Shown here in pieces: positions 60,104 to 64,000 of a stretch of DNA of 64,000 bases. The notes under the pieces are model-generated. The model was not told where the DNA came from, searched no databases, and worked only from the letters and a program-made list of their open reading frames with translations. Source of the DNA: an uncultured Gemmatimonadaceae bacterium (GTDB taxonomy: Bacteria; Gemmatimonadota; Gemmatimonadetes; Gemmatimonadales; Gemmatimonadaceae); assembly GCA_963790305.1 (NCBI GenBank), contig CAWBOC010000001.1, positions 32,001 through 96,000 on the forward strand. The letters are read 5' to 3'. The translations under genes and the position numbers were made by a program. Each line of letters opens with the position of its first letter. The first letter of the stretch is position 1.

Positions 60104-61375
60104 ATGGATGTCATCCGCGATCCCCTCTGGAACAACATCCGCGTCAATGACGTCGCCCTTCGCCTCATCGACACCGCCACGTTCCAACGGCTTCGATATG
60201 TTCGGCAGCTCGGGCTCGCCTACCTCGTCTATCCCGGCGCGACCCACACCAGATTCGAGCACGCCCTTGGCGCCTACCACCTCGCGCGGCGCACGCTCGC
60301 CCTGCTCGCGGAACGCGGAGAGCTCGCGCGGGTCGAGCCCACCGAGGGCGCGATCATTACCGCCGCCGCGCTGCTCCACGACATCGGGCACTACCCTTTT
60401 TCGCACGCGCTGGAGGAGATCGGCGCCCTCGACCACGAAGAGGTCGCCCACGAGCTGATCTTTCGAGGGCCCGTCGCCGAGGTGCTCACCGCGGCACTCG
60501 GTGGCGACGCACCGGGGCGGATTCATGCACTGATTCGGGGCCAAAGCGCCTCTCCCCTGCAGGGCCTCATCTCCGGCTCCCTCGACCTCGACAAGATCGA
60601 GTATCTCAAGCGGGATGCGCTCATGTGTGGGGTGCCGTACGGCGAGATCGATGTCGACCGTCTGCTGCACTCGCTCGCGATCATCGAGGACCCCGCGAGA
60701 GGCGGCCTGTCCATCGCGATTCTCGAGAAAGGTCTGGCGGCTCTCGAGTCACTGCTGTTCGCGAAGTATCAGATGTATCGAAACGTCTATTGGCACCACG
60801 CCGTTCGCAGCGCGACCGCAATGTACAAGCGGCTCGTCGACGACGCCTTACGAGCGAAAGCCCTCATCGAGACCGACCTCGCCTCCCTCACTGACGAAGG
60901 CCTTCTGCATCAGCTGGAAGCGGTCGATGGAAGCGCCCCGCTGCTGCTAGCCCTCCGCGGACGCCGGCTTCACAAGCGCGCGCTCGAAATCCCAACCGTC
61001 GAGCTGCCCCCCGAGAGCGAGTGGATCTCGATGAACCCATCGCTGGTCTATGCCGCCGAGACTGCGCTCGCGCAGGAGCTCGGCATGGCGCCGGGGGAAT
61101 TGCTGCTCGACTTCCCCGCCAAGCCACAGATGCTCGGGCTCGACATTCCAGTCGTGCGGCGCCACGGCCGCGTCGAGCGCCTGACGATGGAAGGAATCGC
61201 CGGCTCGGTCAGTCTCCCGACGCTTTCCGCCGAGCTCTATGGCTCGGCGCGCCGTCTGCGGGTGTTCGTCGCCGGGTCCCGCGAGGTGCCGGTCGATCGG
61301 GTGCTGCGGGTTGTGAAGCGGGATGGAGACGAGATAGCGGAGACTCTGCGGACGGGGAGGGCCCTACTGCAGTAG
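60104..61375 (+). CDS. HD-domain phosphohydrolase (SAMHD1/YwfO-like dNTP triphosphohydrolase family)
   Basis: 'IRDPLW', 'FQRLR.VRQLG', 'YPGATHTRFEH', 'LLHDIGHYPFSH', 'LDLDKIEYL.RD', 'MYRNVYWH'. Confidence 0.88.
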   Translation: MDVIRDPLWNNIRVNDVALRLIDTATFQRLRYVRQLGLAYLVYPGATHTRFEHALGAYHLARRTLALLAERGELARVEPTEGAIITAAALLHDIGHYPFSHALEEIGALDHEEVAHELIFRGPVAEVLTAALGGDAPGRIHALIRGQSASPLQGLISGSLDLDKIEYLKRDALMCGVPYGEIDVDRLLHSLAIIEDPARGGLSIAILEKGLAALESLLFAKYQMYRNVYWHHAVRSATAMYKRLVDDALRAKALIETDLASLTDEGLLHQLEAVDGSAPLLLALRGRRLHKRALEIPTVELPPESEWISMNPSLVYAAETALAQELGMAPGELLLDFPAKPQMLGLDIPVVRRHGRVERLTMEGIAGSVSLPTLSAELYGSARRLRVFVAGSREVPVDRVLRVVKRDGDEIAETLRTGRALLQ

Positions 61376-61410
61376 CGCTTTTCCAGCGCCCTCAGCGCTT
61401 TTCCAGCGCC
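61373..61410. repeat. Single-arm AGCGC-core tandem repeat between convergent genes
   Basis: tagcgcttttccagcgccctcagcgcttttccagcgcc. Confidence 0.65.
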
Positions 61411-61412
61411 AT

Positions 61413-62201
61413 TTATCCCCGCACCGACGGCGTCTCGACCGTCTTCTCCTCGACCCTCGAATCACTCGCCTCCAGCACCTGCACCACGATGGCGGTGATG
61501 TTGTCGAGCCCACCGCGACCGTTCGCTTCCGCGATCAAGGCATCGACCATGCGCGCCGGGGACGCGCGCGAGGAGAGCAGCTGCTGGATGCGGCGGTCGT
61601 CGACCATCCCGGTGAGGCCATCGCTCGCGACGAGGAAGACGTCGCCGGCGCGCACTTCACCGGCGTAGGTGTCGGGCTCCACTTCCCCGCTGGCTCCGAC
61701 GCACCGCGTGATCACGTTGCTATACGGATGGTACCGCGCCTGCTCGGGCGTGAGGTATCCGGCGTCGACCTGCTCCTGCACGTACGAGTGGTCCTTCGTG
61801 ATCTGTCGGAGCGCGCCCTCGCGCAGCATGTACACGCGCGAGTCGCCAACCTGGCCCACGAGGTAGCGCGCGTTCGCCAGCATCAGCACCGAGATGGTCG
61901 TCCCCATTCCCTGCTTGTCGATCTCGGCGATCGTCCGCTGGTAGATCGCCGAGTTGGCCTGCTTCACGGCGCGAGCGACGGTCTGCACCACACCGTCACC
62001 GCGCAGGTCGTGCACGAGCCGGAGCTCGCGCGCGACGATCTCGACCGCCATCTCGCTGGCCACTTCCCCGGCCGCGTGCCCGCCCATGCCGTCGGCCACG
62101 ACGAACAACCCGCGGATAGGGTTCGCATCCGCGAAGAAGCTGTCCTCGTTCCCCGATCGGATCATGCCGGTGTCCGACCGCGCGGCGACGGTAAGCTGCA
62201 C
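61413..62201 (-). CDS. PP2C-family Ser/Thr phosphatase (Stp1/PrpC-like)
   Basis: 'SDTGMIRSGNED', 'VADGMGGH', 'GMGTT', 'VGDSRVY', 'SDGLT', 'GGLDNIT'; GTG start overlaps the FHA gene stop. Confidence 0.95.
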   Translation of the reverse strand: MQLTVAARSDTGMIRSGNEDSFFADANPIRGLFVVADGMGGHAAGEVASEMAVEIVARELRLVHDLRGDGVVQTVARAVKQANSAIYQRTIAEIDKQGMGTTISVLMLANARYLVGQVGDSRVYMLREGALRQITKDHSYVQEQVDAGYLTPEQARYHPYSNVITRCVGASGEVEPDTYAGEVRAGDVFLVASDGLTGMVDDRRIQQLLSSRASPARMVDALIAEANGRGGLDNITAIVVQVLEASDSRVEEKTVETPSVRG

Positions 62202-63589
62202 TAGCGTGTTTGCTCGTAGATGAAGAAAGCGCCGAGGGCCACAAGCATCACGACGGCGAGCCAAAGCCAGAGGGGAAAGCCACGGCCCTTGGCGGGAGCT
62301 TCAGGATCTTCTGCGCCCGGAGCAACAACTGGAGCGGATGGCTTGGTGGGCTGTACGGGCGCCCCTGGAGCAGGGCGAGGCCCACGGGGCATGGAGAAGG
62401 CCCGCGTGCCCTTCACGTCTTCCGCCGCGCCGCTGCCGTCGTCCGCCCGGAACGCCACCTTCACGCCGCCGAAGCGAAGGTCCGGCGCCCCTTCGAGCTT
62501 GTACTCCGTCTCCACCCGTCGCCCGCCCACATACGTTCCGTTGGTCGACCCCATGTCCACTACGTACCAACCCGCTTCTCGTTTCTGCAGCTTGGCGTGG
62601 GCGTCCGACACCGATTCATCGGGAAGAACGACGTCGTTGTGCGCGCCACGCCCGACGTGCGCGAGCGGACTGCGCACCTCGAACCGCTGCCCCTTCAGCA
62701 CGCCAGTCGACAGAACCTCGAGCGTTGCCAGGACAGGGCGTCCCGAGGCGGGAGGCGTCGTGATACTCCGCGGCGCGATGATCGGCGTCGGCGCGCCTGC
62801 TCCACTGGCCGGCGTACCGGGTGAGGGAGCGACCGCTTCCTCTCGCGCTTCTGATCGAACTGCCGCGGCGGCACGGGCCGCCTGCGCGGCAGCCGCGGGC
62901 TCGGCAGGCGTTGGCGTGACGTCGGACGGGGTGGCGTCGACCACGAGATCGGCATAGAAGCGGAAGTCCTCGTTCCCCACACGGACGATGTCCCCACGAC
63001 CGAGGGTTTGCGTCGCCGAAACGCGCTCGCCGTTCACGAACACTCCGTTCGTGCTGGTGTCCTTGAGAACGTAGCCTTCGTTCGACGGGTTGATCTGCGC
63101 GTGCCGGCGGGACACCTCCGCGGTGGGCACGACGACGTCGCATGATGCGTCGCGTCCGATCACCAGTCCTTCGGCGGAAATCGCATATTCGCGCCCGTCG
63201 ACGAGCGAGACGAGCCGGCCGCCCGATGCCTGCGTGCGACGCGGGGTCCGAAGCGGCGCGGCGCCCGACCGCTGGGGAAGGTTCGCGGCGGAGATGTACT
63301 GGGTGCTCCCGGCCATCCGGTCGTCCCCGAAGAACAGCTCCGACTCGCCGACCTCGATCTTGTCACCGTGGATCAACGGCGTCGGCTCGGCGCCGAGCTG
63401 GACGCCGTTGACGCGAACCGCCGACTCGCCGGAGCGTCGGACGCTGGATTGAAGGTCGGGTCCTACGCGAAGGATGGCCGTGGCCTCCCCCGCCCCCGTC
63501 ACTGTCACGCCGGCGTCATGGCCGGAGCCAATCGTGACTTCCCCGATCTCGAGCGTAATGCGTTGTCCGTCGAGTTGGAGATAGGGCAT
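62201..63589 (-). CDS. Membrane-anchored protein with three FHA domains
   Basis: Degenerate FHA1, canonical 'IGR...VSRRHA...STNG' and 'VGR...VSDAHA...STNG'; C-terminal TM; RBS GGAG-like not evident. Confidence 0.88.
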   Translation of the reverse strand: MPYLQLDGQRITLEIGEVTIGSGHDAGVTVTGAGEATAILRVGPDLQSSVRRSGESAVRVNGVQLGAEPTPLIHGDKIEVGESELFFGDDRMAGSTQYISAANLPQRSGAAPLRTPRRTQASGGRLVSLVDGREYAISAEGLVIGRDASCDVVVPTAEVSRRHAQINPSNEGYVLKDTSTNGVFVNGERVSATQTLGRGDIVRVGNEDFRFYADLVVDATPSDVTPTPAEPAAAAQAARAAAAVRSEAREEAVAPSPGTPASGAGAPTPIIAPRSITTPPASGRPVLATLEVLSTGVLKGQRFEVRSPLAHVGRGAHNDVVLPDESVSDAHAKLQKREAGWYVVDMGSTNGTYVGGRRVETEYKLEGAPDLRFGGVKVAFRADDGSGAAEDVKGTRAFSMPRGPRPAPGAPVQPTKPSAPVVAPGAEDPEAPAKGRGFPLWLWLAVVMLVALGAFFIYEQTR

Positions 63590-63703
63590 GGCGTGGAGGT
63601 CGGCGCTGAAACGCGCGAGCGAGCGGGGTGCGAGACGCGACGCATCCCTCGCGTGCGCTTCATTGAGGAAGCTACGACGGCCCCGGGGCCGCTGGCAAGC
63701 ACA

Positions 63704-64000
63704 TTAGCCGGCGCGCGCGGTCTCGCGATCACCAGCCGCCAGCCCGGCCTGAAGCCGAAAGAGCCGTTCATACGAGCCCGCCGCGCGCCAGGAGCTCGCG
63801 ATGCGTCCCGCGCTCGCGAATCGTTCCGTGATGCAACACGAGTATCTCGTCAGCCCCCATTACCGTGCTGAGCCGGTGCGCCACGGCGATCGTCGTCCGG
63901 CCAGCCATGAGCACCGCCAGGGCGCGCTGGATCTCGGCCTCGATCTCGCTGTCCACCGCGCTCGTCGCCTCGTCGAGCAGCAGCAACGCTGGATCGGCCG
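63704..64000 (-). CDS. ABC transporter ATP-binding/permease, C-terminal part (runs off the window); +1 frameshift at about 63773
   Basis: '[11 protein letters not shown]', 'VAHRLST', '[12 protein letters not shown]'; dropping one G gives [11 protein letters not shown]... ending at TAA 63704. Confidence 0.85.

Noticed and set aside
60104..61375. HD dNTPase as an anti-phage nucleotide-depletion system
   Set aside because: Housekeeping context (maeB-pckA), host-like composition and no defence-island neighbours

Overview
High-GC bacterial chromosome segment. The 16S signature regions and gene content point to Gemmatimonadota (Gemmatimonadaceae-like); this is inferred, not database-verified. Most genes are housekeeping: ybbA/ybbP-type ABC, actP, typA, pilT, pdxA, surA/prsA-type PPIases, mfd, lepA, GT9, ROK and PfkB kinases, ftsEX-envC, nfo, maeB, pckA, an HD hydrolase and a PP2C/FHA pair. 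Highlights: (1) A secreted His-rich/CxxC leader ORF ending in the ribosome-arrest motif RAPP (51643-51990). The sequence right after its stop codon can base-pair over the SD and ATG of an outer-membrane protein + ZnuABC-type metal uptake operon, making it a candidate metal-sensing translational-arrest switch on a non-TonB, Zn/Mn-type ABC importer. (2) About 13 intergenic loci built from 7-, 9- or 10-mer tandem repeats, mostly as inverted arms. Some are translated in frame, one apparently replaces the nfo initiation region, and one pair brackets a small gene. (3) An orphan 16S rRNA gene with its own promoter, boxA, processing stem and terminator, plus a separately transcribed tRNA-Ile(GAU). (4) A STAS-GHKL kinase / STAS-wHTH partner-switch-like pair. 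(5) Several unusual small proteins. Two single-base frameshifts may be assembly errors. No CRISPR array, transposase, integrase or prophage was seen. All family calls are from motif recognition by eye.
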